A stretch of DNA of 64,000 bases. Source: Eledone cirrhosa (lineage: Eukaryota). The position numbers were made by a program, and so were the translations under genes. The stretch is from assembly GCA_964016885.1 (NCBI GenBank), contig OZ024753.1, forward strand, positions 33,170,001 through 33,234,000. Reading direction: 5' to 3'. Below the pieces are notes generated by a model. That model made no database searches, was not told where the DNA came from, and saw only the letters and a list, made by a program, of their open reading frames with translations. Of this stretch, positions 28,147-43,189 are shown in pieces (positions within the stretch are counted from its first letter, which is position 1; every line of letters starts with the position of its first letter).

Positions 28147-30628
28147 GAGACTGTGAGCGAGAGAGTGAGTGTGAGCGAGAGAGTGAGTGTGAGCGAGAGA
28201 GTGAGTGTGAGCGAGAGAGTGAGTGTGAGCGAGAGAGTGAGTGTGAGCGAGAGAGTGAGTGTGAGCGAGAGAGTGAGCGTGAGCGAGAGAGTGAGCGTGA
28301 GTGTGAGCGTGAGCGAGAGAGTGAGCGTGAGTGTGAGCGAGAGAGTGAGTGTGAGCGAGAGAGTGAGCGTGAGCGAGAGAGTGAGCATGAGTGTGAGCGA
28401 GAGAGTGAGCGTGAGCGAGAGAGTGAGCGAGAGAGTGAGCGTGAGCGAGCGAGCGAGCGAGCGAGCGAGTGAGTGAGTGAGCGAGTGAGTGAGTGAGTGA
28501 GCGAGCGAGCGAGTGAGTGAGTGGGTGAGTGAGTGAGTTGGTGAGTGAGTGAGTGAGTGAGTGGGTGAGTGGGTGAGTGAGTGCGTGAGTGAGTGAGTGA
28601 GTGAGTGAGTGAGTGAGTGAGTGAGTGAGTGAGTGAGTGAGTGAATGTGAGCGAGTAAGTGAATGTGAGCGAGTGAGTGAGTGAGTGTGAGTGAGTGAGT
28701 GAGAGTGAGTGAGTGAGTGTGAGCGAGTGAGTGAGCGAATGTGAGTGAGTAAGTGAATGAATGTGACTGTGAGCAAGAGAGTGAGTAAATGAATGTGAGT
28801 GAGTGAAAGAGTAAGTGAATGTGAGTGAGTCAAAGAGTAAGTGAATGTGAGTGAGTGAAAGAGTAAGTGAATGTGAGTGAGCAAATGAGTAAGTGAATGT
28901 GAGTGAGTAAGTGAGTGAGTGAGTGAATGAATGTGAGCGAGAGAGTAAGTGAATGTGAGTGAGAGAGTAAGTGAATGTGAGCGAGTGAATGTGAGCGAGA
29001 GAGTAAGTGTGAGCGAGAGAGTAAGTGTGAGCGAGAGAGTAAGTGTGAGCGAGTAAATGAATGTGAGCGACTAAGTGAATGTGAGCGAGTAAATGAATGT
29101 GAGCGGCGAGTGAGTGAATGTGAGCGAGTGAGTGAGTGTGAGCGAGTAAGTGAATGTGAGCGAGCGAGTAAGTGAATGTGAGTGAGTGAAAGAGTAAGTG
29201 AATGTGAGTGAGCAAATGAGTAAGTGAATGTGAGTGAGTAAGTGAGTGAGTGAGTGAATGAATGTGAGCGAGAGAGTAAGTGAATGTGAGTGAGAGAGTA
29301 AGTGAATGTGAGCGAGTGAATGTGAGCGAGAGAGTAAGTGTGAGCGAGAGAGTAAGTGTGAGCGAGAGAGTAAGTGTGAGCGAGTAAATGAATGTGAGCG
29401 ACTAAGTGAATGTGAGCGAGTAAGTGAATGTGAGCAAGTGAGTGAGTGAATGTGAGCGAGTAAGTGAATGTGAGCAAGTGAGTGAGTGAATGTGAGCGAG
29501 TAAGTGAATGTGAGCAAGTGAGTGAGTGAGTGTGAGCGAGTAAGTGAATGTGAGCGAGAGAGTGAGGAATGTGAGTGAGTAAGTGAATGTGAGTGAGTAA
29601 GTGAATGTGAGTGTGAGCAAGAGAGTGAGTAAGTGAATGTAAGTGTGAGTGAGAGGTAAGTAAATGAATGTGAGCGAGTGAGTGAGTAAGTGAATGAATG
29701 TGAGTGATTGAATGAGTAAGTGAATGTGAGTGAGTGAATGTGAATGAGTGAGTGAATGTGAGTGAGTGAATGTGAGTGAGTGAGTGAATGTGAGTGAGTG
29801 AGTGAATGTGAGTGAGTGAGTGAGTAAGTGAATGAATGTGAGTGATTGAATGAGTAAGTGAATGTGAGTGAGTGAATGTGAGTGAGTGAATGTGAGTGAG
29901 TGAATGTGAGTGAGTGAGTGAATGTGAGTGAGTGAGTGAGTGAGTGAATGAGTAAGTGAATGTATGTGAGTGAATGTATGTATGTATGTGAATGTATGTA
30001 TGTGAATGTATGTATGTGAGTGAATGTATGTATGTGAGTGAATGTATGTGAGTGAGTGAGTGAATGTGAGTGAGTGAGTGAATGTGAGTGAGTGAGTGAA
30101 TGTGAGTGAGTGAGTGAATGTGAGTGAGTGAGTGAATGTGAGTGAGTGAATGTATGTGAGTGGGTGAATGTATATGAGTGGGTGAATGTATGTGAGTGGG
30201 TGAATGTATGTGAGTGGGTGAATGTATGTGAGTGGGTGAATGTATGTGAGTGGGTGAATGTATGTGAGTGGGTGAATGTATGTGAGTGGGTGAATGTATG
30301 TGAGTGGGTGAATGTATGTGAGTGGGTGAATGTATGTGAGTGGGTGAATGTATGTGAGTGGGTGAATGTATGTGAGTGGGTGGGTGAATGTATGTGAGTG
30401 GGTGAATGTATGTGAGTGAATGTATGTGAGTGAATGTATGTGAGTGAATGTATGTGAGTGAATGTATGTGAGTGAGTTAGCGAGCGAGTTAGTGAGCGAG
30501 TGAGTGAGTGAGTGAGTGAGTGCATGAGTAAGGGAATGAGTGAGTGAGGGAGTGAGGGAGTGAGCGAGTGAGCGAGGGAGTGAGGGAATGAGTGAGTGAG
30601 GGAATGAGTGAGTGAGGGAATGAGGGAG
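28147..30628. repeat. 2.5-kb compound GAGT/GAAT/GAGC satellite with higher-order units
   Basis: 18-mer gagcgagagagtgagtgt array (28153-28440), ~250-bp block duplicated at 331-bp spacing (gcaaatgag at 28881 and 29212), and 18-mer gagtgggtgaatgtatgt array (~30150-30410). Confidence 0.95.
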
Positions 30629-32419
30629 TTAATTCTGATATTATAATTCATTCAGTCATGTTCAGTATATATAACATAAGTTGTCTTGTGTTTGTTGTGC
30701 TTATGTTTTGTATGTGTCATATTATGGGAGTATGTATTATTTTGTCGAGCAATGATTCCAAAAGAATATGTATTGTGTGTGTTGTGTTCTATTAATGAGT
30801 TGCAACTGTGCAGTATGTGCAAAGTGTGTAAGATGTGGGTGTTATAAAGCTGAGCAGTGATTGTGTAAGAGAGTGTGTCATGTCCATTTTCTTTGAGTGG
30901 TGATTTTGATAAACATGAGAATGCATCATTCTTATGCTTGCAAGTATTATTTTATTGGATGGTGATTGTGTAGAGTATGTATTACCCAATATTATAGTTT
31001 GGTGATGATTTCATAGAATGTGTGTTGTGTGAGTTGGGAAATTTCACAGTAGTTGTATTAGGACAGAATTGTCAGAGCTGGAAAGCATTTGATTGTAGGT
31101 TTGCTCAATCAAGGTTGGTTGACCTGGGGTTATATAACAACAACAACATTCACAATAAATACAGATGATCACAACCAGCTAGCCAGATCAATTAGACAAC
31201 CAAACGAATCTTTGATCAACAATGTCCATCTGTCTGTCACATGAAAGTGTAGATTATAGGAAGAATAACATTGAAAGTATTACTGAACACAAATTGCAGA
31301 ACTCATTAGCAAGATAATTACACACAATAAATTAAACAACGAATGAAATTGGAGTAAATTGCTTCCAAAATTTCATTAGAATTAGTATCAGTGTTATCAA
31401 ATTTATTACATTTTGATAGGGATTTTACACTAACCATAAATGGGTCTTTAAAAATGATGGCAAAAGCTATTACTGTAGAAATACCATTACTCAATAATTC
31501 CATTTCATTTATGGAAATAGTATTCTGAAGACCTATAAAACATTTTAGTTTTTGTTACTTTTTAATCTAATTGTATTAGATTACTAATATTACTGACCAA
31601 ACTAACATGTTTTACTATTCCAGTCCAACAATGAAATTTGTTCGAAAATACAACAGCTAACCAGGAAACACAATCAGAAATATAATACCATTTGTTTTGT
31701 TTTACTTCTATTTCAAAAAAGCGAAAACAATGTTTTGTTACCAGAAGCTCTGCCTAAAAACCCATTATAAGAAATACTTTATATTTTGTATTATTTTATT
31801 TTTATTTTATTTAATTTATTTCATTTCATTTTGTGTTATTTGTAACCCCAAAAAAATATTAAGTGAAGAGTGGATTAAAATGTGGTTGAATTGTGTTACC
31901 CATCTGAACAAATTGAATATTAAATAGAGAATTGATTTTTTTTTAAAATCAATTTGAAGCAAATAAAATGTTAAAACAAATTGAAAATATGATTACTTGT
32001 GAGAAATAAAAAAAAGTTTTAAAAAATTAAAATTTTGGATTTGAAGTCAAGGGTGATTATCTTTTTTTTGTTTTTTTACATTTATTTTCCACAATAATAT
32101 GGCTGGATTAGGTTGCTCTCTACAAATGAGTACAGTTTCTATAATTGAATTTGTAAAGAAAGTTACAGCCATCTGCTTAATAAGTATGTCTATAAACATG
32201 TATTTTCTTAGCTTTTCTGCCAGGAGTTGCCACCAGCATAAAGTATCAGTAATGGAAATACCAATGAGAAAATAGTTTCATTGATCTGATGATTGATTTA
32301 TTTCTTTTATCTTATTTAACCTTGCTAACAAAATAGATCTCCGTGGTTAAAAAAAAATGATTGTAAATATATTTTCAAATTTAATGCCCATTCAATAAGG
32401 TAGAGCATGGAATAAAATA

Positions 32420-32595
32420 CCATTGCCTTATTTGATCTGGTTCTTTACATTCTGAGTTCAAATCCTACCAAACTTAACTTTGCCTTTCATTCTTCCAGAG
32501 ACAAAATAAAGGGGCAACTAAGTACAGGGTTGATTTAATCAAATTTGCTCTTCTTGCAAATTTTCTGGCCTTGTGCCTAAATTAGAAAACAATAT
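32420..32595 (+). mobile_element. Old family A SINE relic
   Basis: ttctgagttcaaatcc..aactttgcctttcattc..tggccttgtgcctaaattagaaa. Confidence 0.7.
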
Positions 32596-33024
32596 TAGCA
32601 ACTAGATGGTATTTCACTCTACCAGTCTACACCTTTTACCCTATTCACCCTCATATTTATACTGTCTTCTGGTTTAAATTCCTGGCCAACACTTCTTTTC
32701 AAAATTAAACTAAAGCACAATTTGGCCTTAAAAAAATGAAGTTACAGTAGAGCAGAAAGAAATGCTTTCACATATAAAAGCAAGCAATCATTAATGTTGG
32801 TATCAATGAAATACACTCAGAACACACTGTAAAGCGATGAGTGTTAGAGAAGGCATTCAGCCATAGAAAAAAACTATTCCAAACAGATGTAAGATGAGAT
32901 CCCGTCTTCTGACTTGTCTAAGGTAGTATTACCTTTGAATGAGAACTAATTCAGACTGTAACAACCAATCTAAATCATACCAGCATGGAATGCAGATGTA
33001 AAATCATGATGAGGATTATCACCA

Positions 33025-33152
33025 AATGTTTAAGAAGTTTGCACTGCAATCCCAAGGTTCAAGTTTAATGGCAAAGTATGGGATCTTGGGTAATTATCTT
33101 TTACCATTATAGATGAATTTAGGTAAACAGAAATTATGTGGAAGCCCAATGG
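33025..33152 (+). mobile_element. Old SINE family C relic
   Basis: ttaagaagtttgc..ggttcaag..cttgggtaa..agaaattatgtggaagccc. Confidence 0.5.
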
Positions 33153-33882
33153 ATGGTTTTTAATTCACAGATACAGCTTTGTCACACTGATTGTGCTTGC
33201 GGATTGTGTTTAGTGTATAGATATTTATTGAAACTTGATCCACCTAACTCAATTCTAACTCATTGAGAAGGTAGTTTGGTTGATCAAACTACCAGAACAC
33301 ACATCACAAACTGATTGAGATCCTTTTACTTACACACACACACATAAGTGTATGCATATATGTGTATGGTAGGGAAGCGGGGTTGTCGGTATGCCAAAAA
33401 TGATTACCATAACCCATGCAAATATGGAAAGACAGATGTAAAAGGATGATGATATACACCCACTATATATATATATATGTGTGTGTGTGTATGTATGTAT
33501 ATATATATATATAAGTTACAAATAAGAAAGAGAGAGATACCAAGAACGAGAAACAGAACTGTTGCAATATTATCTTTCAAGAAAATATTGCCTTTTGATA
33601 AACTAATCTGATATTTTGAACACAAAATATTGAATTCACTCTCAAATGCTTTTTGTTTTTCATTTTTGTATCTATTAGTATCAAAGCTATCATAATCACA
33701 AATCTTTAACCTATATAATGCATATACTTAATAATAAATGCCATGAATTTGTAATAGATGTTTGGTAAAAGACATTGATTCTATTAGCTATAGACAGAGA
33801 TAAAGATATTAATTTGAAACTACATGTTTAATATGGGCAATATATCTCTAATAAAACTTTATAGAATATATATTAATACATG

Positions 33883-33938
<56 letters not shown>

Positions 33939-34240
33939 CACACACATAGAAAGAGAAAAGTAGAGAGTTAAAGACAGGCAGGCAGACATAGTTATAAGTA
34001 GAGAGATAGATAGATAGAGTGATAGATAGATAAATAAATAGACAGACAGATAGTAATATGCAACAAAATGCTACTATTTCATTTCAAATCTTTTGCCAAA
34101 CTTATAGGAAATGAAACACCATAGAAGAATGATGTAAAACAAGGAAATAATGGCTTGAAAGAGATAGAATAGATAAAGATGTGTGCGTTTGTATATATTA
34201 GTGTATAAATATCTCTATTCACTTCTCTATGTGTGTATAG

Positions 34241-34276
<36 letters not shown>

Positions 34277-34548
34277 TCTTTGTAGCTTTAGCTAAAGTGT
34301 ATATGCTTTTTATTAACATCCAAACATATATAGATATGTATGTAATGGTGATGATTCTGTAGATGGAGCTGATTGTAATAGATACCTTTGTGGAAGATAA
34401 AATAGCATCTTAAGATCATTATATATATATGTATATATATATGCATATATATATGTGTGTATATTCTGTCAATGTATAATAAATGTATCTAAGAATACAC
34501 CCTATTTAGCACACATACATATGCACATACCTACCTCTCTCTCTCTCT

Positions 34549-34582
<34 letters not shown>

Positions 34583-34897
34583 GACACATATGCATGCAAT
34601 ATAGACCAACATATAACTGATCTATTCAATTTAACAAATGAAAATCATATAAGAAAGCTTGCCTTTCATCCCCTTCCTTTACTTCTACCTCACCTACTTA
34701 AACATTTTCACTCAGATGGAGACATTGCAATACATTTGCTAGTGACTGATCAAGATAAATTGATAAGCAAGCTTAGATATGTGATTAAGTATTTCCCTTC
34801 TCAACTATATTGTCCTGAGTTCAATCTGCATTGTCTAATTAAACATTATCTGTTATGGCATTTTTTTTTTCATCGAAACAGTTTAATATGCAGATAT

Positions 34898-35036
34898 GGA
34901 TGTTTACTTCACAACCACATCATCTGAGCTCCAATCCCATTGTGAATGATCTGAGGCATGTGACGTCTACAGTTTCAGGTCACCCAAAGGATTATATGGT
35001 GAATTTTGTAGATGGAAATTATGTGGAAGCCTGTCA
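34898..35036 (+). mobile_element. Old SINE family C relic
   Basis: cttcacaaccacat..caatcccattg..gtagatggaaattatgtggaagcctgtc. Confidence 0.5.
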
Positions 35037-36547
35037 AATATGCAAGCCTTTCTTTTACTGGTTTGTCATTAGACTGTAGCCAAGCTGAAAATAGTTTTAG
35101 ATTTTTCCTTCATATCTAATACAGCAAAATACGATAGTCAAAGTCAAGAAGCAGGTTAATATCTTCTGCTCACATTGGAAATATGCCCCTACAAAAGAAA
35201 ATAGGGTTAAAGTTTGAAACATTTGTCCAAACGGGAATCAAATAATCCCACATATGGTAGACAGGATGCAATATTGAATCCCTGGCTGTAAGTTTATAAA
35301 CTTTAATTTGTGTGAAACAAAAAAAACAAAAATAAACCGGCGAAGGAAAACTATATCCTTGGCTGGAAAGCACATCTAAGGTGCACCTTGCAAACAAAAA
35401 GGGGAAAATATTGCTGCAGAGGACAAAAATAACCACTACATCATGTGGCTCCTTCCTTAAGTGTGATGCTATTATCTAAATATATATTATGCATTGTTTA
35501 CCCTGCTTTCATGGGGCCCTGTGACCATGAAGCCATGAGCCAAGCACCTTACACCCTTTGCTGAATACTTCATGTATTAATTTGAACACATGTTAAGAAA
35601 TGTATTTTAAGAAACTTCTAATAAATAAAACTTCTCAAGAATTAAGTGATGAGCTATTGATGTGGAAAGCTATTGTTAAATCTCTTTCAGCAAAGATAAC
35701 TGATAAACTAGCATAATCTCTGCAAGTAATGCCAGACAATAAACTGGCATACACTGTAGACTTCATAATGGGTTTCCTAAAGTAATTTTAAATCTGTCTT
35801 TAGTAATAGCTACATATTTTCTCATTCTGATTCTCTTCTCTTTTCTCCCAAGTGTGGAACAAATTGCTAAATTAGTTAAATTGATCTGAAAACCACTGAC
35901 ACTTCAGCACTATGTACTGAATACATATGTGAACCAGCATGCCATTGACAAATGCTGTCAGAAGAATAGAAATCTTGAAGAGATTCTTCCTGTATGAAAC
36001 AGATTTAGTTATCATGTAATCTTTAAGATTTCAAGCTAATCTACATCCGATTTCTTTAAAATTAACACTTCAAAGAGAACATTTCTGACGTCTATTGAAT
36101 ATTTTGACAAAAGAAATAAACTGACATATGATTGGGTGAAACAAAGTATTTCAACGTATTACTAAAGGAATGGTGTTTACAATGGATTTTCATATTGTTG
36201 AACATAGTATTTTGAAATTACTGCTGTTATTCATTTTACAATTTTTACTTTGTATATACAGACTGACCTAGAATTAGTTTACTAGCTTACTGTGAAGAAA
36301 TGCAAAAACAAGAGAGATTGAACTTTATTCCAAAAATAATAGTCGATTCTTGAAATTTATTATCTATAATATATTTTACTCATGTAAAATGTGAATATTT
36401 GTGATTAAGATTTTAGTTAGATTTATGGTGTCAACTAAATTTTTTATACTACTTTCAAATGGCTGAAATTCACACTGCTATTCAAAATACCATATCAATA
36501 AGATCAAATAGACTGATAAAAAGTATATCAATGAATTATAGTTATAA

Positions 36548-36764
36548 TAATGATTTCTACTATAGGCACAAGGCCAGCAATTTGGGGAGAGGGGAAAGTT
36601 GATTAAATTGACCCCAGTCATTACTGTTGCTTTATTTTATTGACCCTGTAAGGATGAAAAGCAAAGCTAACCTTGGCAGGATTTGAACTCAGATCATAAA
36701 GAGCCATAACTAAGCTGCGAAGCATGGCATCTGACACTCTCCCGATACTGTCAAACCACTGCCC
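36548..36764 (-). mobile_element. SINE family A, long variant, with 17-bp TSD
   Basis: Full head-core-tail. ttatagttataataatg duplicated at 36536-36552 and 36765-36781. Confidence 0.88.
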
Positions 36765-39700
36765 TTATAGTTATAATAATGGTGTTTCTTCACACCAAAA
36801 CACACTTCCTACTAACAAAACACAAAAATAAAGCAATGCAGCACTTATAAATAATTGTACTTTTGTACATAATGGCATAGTAAAATAAATGTCCTCATTA
36901 TAGAATTTATGTTCAGAATATATCTTGATTCATGAATGTTGATCTATTGTCTGTGAAGAACTAACTATCAATAGACTGACTTTAACATGAAATAGTTCGA
37001 AAAATCAAAATATTTATATAGAATAATAAGGGGTTGACTTTTATGTGTTGACATTAAATGTTCAAAATGTTGCATAGTTGCAAATGCGAAATTATTATTT
37101 TTCTTTATAATCAGTAAGCTAAGTATGACCCAATCTGTATTACTACTTTTTCTCATTACTCCATATAACATTTTTAGCTCATTTGTTATAATGTTGACAC
37201 TGGGGAAATTTCTTCATGGGTATTCTCATACATAATTGGTTTACAAAGAAAGTTTTTGTTATCTGTTGTTCTTACATATGCATGTTTCCATGAGTAGAAT
37301 ATATTTTACAAAATTGTAAATTGTATGTGCTTGTGGAATTTGTTCCAGCTTTGTATGTTCTTAGTTCAAGTTCTGGCTAGGTTAATTCCACCTGTCAAAT
37401 TAGATGGAGGAATACCTTAGGTATATTATGTCTGAGAAAAAGCTGGGAGGGGACTAATACATTTGGAGCGAATATGTAAATATGTAAATAATTATAAAAG
37501 TGTTATAAAAAAAAGTATCAAAATAATAAACAGGAAAATAGAAAAAAAGAGGAAATTGAATAATGAAAGAAGAGAAAGTGGGGAGGGCATAAAATCTACA
37601 CCATTGACTAGTTAGTGGATATATGTCAGCCAGATCCTGCTGACAAAATAGCCAAATCATCCCACCTCACAAGGCTTCTTCAGGCAGAATGCACTTATCC
37701 CAATTTTGGAAGAAAACATCAATCCATGGACCAACAGTATCCAGCATGAAAAGGGTGTCATCAGCCAAGTCCCGGTATTTGCACATCTCCCACTCCTCTG
37801 GATAATAGTATTGGAATTTAATTTTTTTTTTTAAAAAGGTATGTTTTGAGTTATATGTTTTTTATTTAGATTTTGCACATTTTTATGAAGCTCAGCTTGA
37901 AAAAGATTCTAGCTGGCTTAGATACAACATTACTGCATTAAATCAACATTTTCCAAAGCAACTGAAGGTTGTCAACCTTGTTTTAAAGCAATTTATACAA
38001 AATATAGCAAAATCGTGTGATTATATTTACTTTAGTTATTAATAATCATGCACAAGTCAAAGTATTGCTGCCAGAAATTACATATTTCTGTCAAGCTTAC
38101 CTGTCCTTTTTCAGGTTTTAACCACAGATGCAGCAGTTACTCACACATGTGCATGACATATAGCAGAACCTCTGATTATTTATTGTCTAAATCCTCTCAT
38201 AAGAAAGCCAAGTCATATTAATATTAGAATTATATGTCCCTCCTTCCTTCCACTACTTCATCCATTCATCGTCCTTTACTGCAAGTTTTCTGGTTTCTTC
38301 TGCTGCCATGTTTTACTACTATATATCACCACATCTATTTTATGTACTGCTGTAATACTCAGATGATGCCTGATGCCAATGATAGAGCAAAATTTTATGG
38401 CGCACTTTATTCTGTAACACACACACAGACAAACATACACAAGCACAGATTGTTTCAATATTTTATACTTTCATATTTCTGTCACATTTTCTATCCCAGA
38501 TTCTCTCTCACTCACTCTCACCATAGATCAGGCCACATCAACAAAATACACTAATTTAACATATTATAATATTGCTTCATTTTACTGTTGCTATAAAATG
38601 AAGCAATGTTATGCGATATACGCAGGTTTTATATTGGCATAAGATATATATAAATATATTTATACTAACATTTTTAAGTCTTTAGTTTTTTTATTGTCAT
38701 ACTTCTGTTGAAATATACTGCTTATTTGCTTAAATCCATTGTAAAATAATGAAGAATGTGGGCAAATATAGTAAGATAACTTATTTTCAATCTATGCAGT
38801 GTGTATGCAATTTAGACTAGGTACACCATATCCCTGCATGTTTTAGGTGGTAAGTAAAAGGGTTCGCACCAGGAAGGACATCTAGCTAAAAAGAATTGCC
38901 CCAGAAGAAGCTCCCCCATGATTACGAACCTTGTCATGAAGTCTGGAAGTCTAATCTTTGCTATAATAGGTTGAAATGGTCTTAAAATGGTGTAACTAAC
39001 TTTTCATTACTAGAACCTTAGACAAAATGAGTTATGGTATTTGTTCTGGATTTTTACATTCTGTTTTCAAATCCTGTTGATAAAAGTCCATTACTTTGCT
39101 TTTTATCTTTTTGAGGTCAACAAAATAAAGAACCAGTGAAAACAAAATCCAAATCAAGTGGTTGCAAAGAGAACTTCACCATACGGCCTTGTCTGCATGT
39201 ATATTATTGAGATTCCATTGTCTTTGATTTTTACGCAATATTTTTTACAGAAATATTTGATAACTCTTCTATAGGAAGTGAAATTAATGAGGCATATGCT
39301 TGATTTAATGGACTTAATGGATATTCCCTTTGTTTTCAACTTAAGGATTCTTCACAATAAATTTTATAATCTTTAAAAGATGCAAGTCCAGTTGCATAGT
39401 TATCAATTTTACCAGTCTGAAAGTAGCTGAAACAATGCCATGAGTACATTCCCTTCTACCTCTTCCTGCCGACTAATATTTCAAAATAACATTAAAAAAA
39501 TTATTTTGTTCATATCATTTAATTGAATGTGTTGTACCATTTATACAAAATGGATCAATATGACATCCATTAACAATATTAGAAATAAGCATTGTTGTAA
39601 TATCAGTATTGTGATAATGCACTTCAACGTTATCTTCAAATCCCTATTAACCCTTTTGATACCATACCTCTCCTTGTTTTATTATATAAAGATGTTTGTT

Positions 39701-40314
39701 TTAAAATATTTATATTTATCCAAAATCCCTCCATCATAATTTTATGTAAGAATCTTAAAGTTAAGCTTCAAACACTAGCATAATATTGAGAAAGTTATAA
39801 ATCCTTCCAAATTCGTGATTATTTTCAAAATGATTTGAAAATCATAGGCAGTGACATTCATTAGGAATATGGTAAAAATATTTTCGAAAATAATATTCCG
39901 AATCATCATCATCATCATCGTTTAACATATATCTTCCACGCTAGCATGGGTTAGAATGGATAATATATATGGTTATTGCAAACTACATTCATTTTGATCA
40001 TGTAACTAGAGCTAGATGTCATTCCTAATTCCAGTCAATTTGCATCGTATATATCATCAGTTTTACATCTAATTTTCTATGATAACATGAGCTGAAGAAG
40101 ACTTTCTAAGGAAAAGCCAATGGTATGATTTCCTTCCTGATTTCAACCCTTTTGTGTTTACAATAAGGGACAGTCTTTGCAAATCTAGTACCTGAGCAGT
40201 GAGAGACCTCTGTTTATGTGGAACATAAACAAATATCACAGCCCGTAATGACAAATGTAAGTGGAAAAGAGAAATTCACAGCCACATATGCATATATACA
40301 TACAGGCCACAATA

Positions 40315-41177
40315 CGAGGTGGGTCAGAAAAGTTCCACAAAGATTTATTTCAAACCCAAACTTCACACAGTTTTCTCCTTCAAAGTATAATGCACTTTTC
40401 CATCCTTTTCTGCCACGCTTGCATGCACTCCTGGAAATATTCTTCCGGAATTCTCCGCAGTTCCGTCATCACGGCCTTTTTGATGTTGTCCACATCTTCA
40501 AAACAGGTCCCCTCCGGGTTGTACTTGAAGATCCATGACTCATCACCGGTGATGACTGTCCCTAGCAAGTCTGGTTCGGTTTCAAGATGCTCGAGGAGGT
40601 CCTGGTACACTTGCATGCGACGACCCTTCTGGTCATTGTTCAGCAGTGTTGGCACCATCTTCGCACAGACTTTCCGCATGTCCAAGTCTTCAGTGAGAAT
40701 CTTCCAGACGCTGTCCCAATTCATGCCCAGCTCATTTGCCATTAGTTGAACAGTCAGCCGACGATCGCTACGGACCATCTGCCGGACGCGCTCAATGTTG
40801 ACCTCAGTCCTGGTTGTTGAGGGCCTTCCACCCCTAGGGTCATCTTCCACGTCCTCACATCCTTCTTCAAACCTCTTGCACCACTCAAAAATACGTGAGC
40901 ATGACATCGTCTCATCTCCATACACTTGCTGCAGCAATCCCAGTGCTTCTGACAGAGTTTAAGTTTGTTCGTTACTCTGTGCTCATTGCTTGACGACCTG
41001 AAACAGAGGACATGTATATAAAATTATGAAGAAAAAAGTTTGATCGCTGCAGAGAGCTAAGATTACAGTTACATACTCCAGGGGGATTACTTTGAAGGAG
41101 AAAACTCTTAGTGTGAAGTTTGGGTTTGAAATAAATCTTTTGTGACATAAGTCCTGGAACTTTTCTGACACACCTCG
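40315..41177 (-). mobile_element. Non-autonomous mariner transposon with TA TSDs
   Basis: TA|CGAGGTG(G/T)GTCAGAAAAGTTCCA TIRs at both ends, enclosing a transposase remnant. Confidence 0.92.
40380..40937 (-). pseudogene. Mariner transposase, internally deleted
   Basis: HTH region (VYGDETMS..WCKRF..DDPRGGRP), KMVPTLL (WVP-like) and TGDESW (first catalytic D) are joined directly to the C-terminal GTCFEDVDNIKKAV..WQKRMEKCI. The HDNA and YSPDLAP segments are absent. Confidence 0.9.
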
Positions 41178-41607
41178 TATATGTATACATCCACACACCA
41201 ATTACCTTATAGTTTCCATCTATCAAATTCCATTTATATATAAAACATTTTAAAACATTATCTTAACACTGCTGAACTGATATCTGTATCTGAATAACAT
41301 TATTTGGCAATTTAATGGGTTTTTTCCTGTCTTATGGATCATTGCACATAAGTTTTTATACTGACTATTTATTTTAATTCTTTTAAATTGTGTTACTATT
41401 CCAACCACAAGTTAACTAAACAGCAAGCATCAGTGATTTTAATTCAGTAAAAACCAGCTCAAATTGTTTACAGTGAAGTAAATTCCACTGTTAGAATTAT
41501 AAGTAGAATAGAATCATTTATATAAATATAACAAATAAATTGATTGAAATGCGAATGTGTGTGTGTCTGCATGTGTGTGTATTACCATCATTATTTAACA
41601 TCTGTCT

Positions 41608-41800
41608 GGGTGGTGGTTTGGCAGTATCGGTAGAGGGTCGGACAACATGCTTTGTAGCACAGAGTTACGCCCCTTTCTGATCTGGGTTCAAATCCTGCCG
41701 AGGTTAACTTTGCCTTTCATCCTTACAGGGTCGATAAAATAAAGTACCAGTAATGCACTGGGTAATTGCTGGCCTTGTGCCAAAAGTAGAAACAATTATT
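41608..41800 (+). mobile_element. SINE family A, full length, 18-bp TSD
   Basis: attatttaacatctgtct at 41590-41607 and 41795-41812. A/B boxes intact. Confidence 0.92.
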
Positions 41801-42433
41801 TAACATCTGTCTTCCCTGCTAGGGGCAGAGGTTGTGAGAGCAGATCTCAAATCACTAATAGTCATTCATCAACTTTGCTGTGAGCTTCAGTAAGAGAGAC
41901 GCCATGCTGGAAAGAACCCATCCAACCCATGCAAACATGGAAAATTCAACATAAAACTGATCATGATGATGATGATATATGTTAAAGAAAATTAATTAAA
42001 GAGAAATAGAAAACAAGCTGTCTTAATGACACCTCCTTAGTACTGTGATTGAATAACAATCAAAATTGTAGTCATTACTACATTCAATTTGCACAAATAA
42101 TTATCTACTAGTAAAGATACTATAAAGATACTATAAATTGACAAAGCTGTTTTTAGATATTTCTGCTAAATCATTACTGGATGTTAAGAGTTAATGAAAG
42201 CACTTATAGTGTACAATAACTATGGGTAGTATCAGATAAAACACTATCTGTTGGATAAATTTGGTTGTTGGATAAATTTGGTTACTGGCTAATATTTGTA
42301 TAGGTTTCTATAAGTTACATTGTTTTGTGTGGTAGACGTAATCTCTTCTCTAGGAAATCATGTTAACCTGAGAGATTAAGACTCCTAACTAACCACTAAC
42401 TATAGTACAATAGTAATAGTACACACACACACC

Positions 42434-42721
<288 letters not shown>

Positions 42722-43158
42722 TATATAAGAAAGGTTTATCTATCTCTTAAAATGTGTGATGTTATAATCGATACCACACTGTATCTCATTAAATTAAATT
42801 CTGCATGTTTTCTGCTCGGTAGAAAGATATGTTTGGCCAAATACTAAGCCATATGGTATCTCACAAACAAATTCATTCCTTACTTTTTTTTCCTTAATTA
42901 TTTTACATTAATGCTTTGAGGTTAATAAAATTTATATAATCCTAGAAATTTCTAAACATTAAAAACATCAGTTATAGGCTTCTTCCTCTACATCATCATC
43001 ATCATGATAATGAATAGCTTAAAATAAACTAAAACAAGATAATTTTTTATATATACTTTCTTCAATGAACTCTGCAGAGAACTACCTTGAGGAAAGTAAG
43101 CTTCCATCTTCCAACAAAATATTTTTCAGTCTTTTATAATGTATATACACATATACTA

Positions 43159-43189
<31 letters not shown>

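Noticed and set aside
28051-30651. Long S/H/T/L/R-rich ORFs resembling SR or His-rich proteins
   Set aside because: Stop-free by-product of the GAGT satellite, open in multiple frames.
37660-37812. GC-richer stretch with short open frames on minus
   Set aside because: No recognisable protein motif or convincing splice pair.
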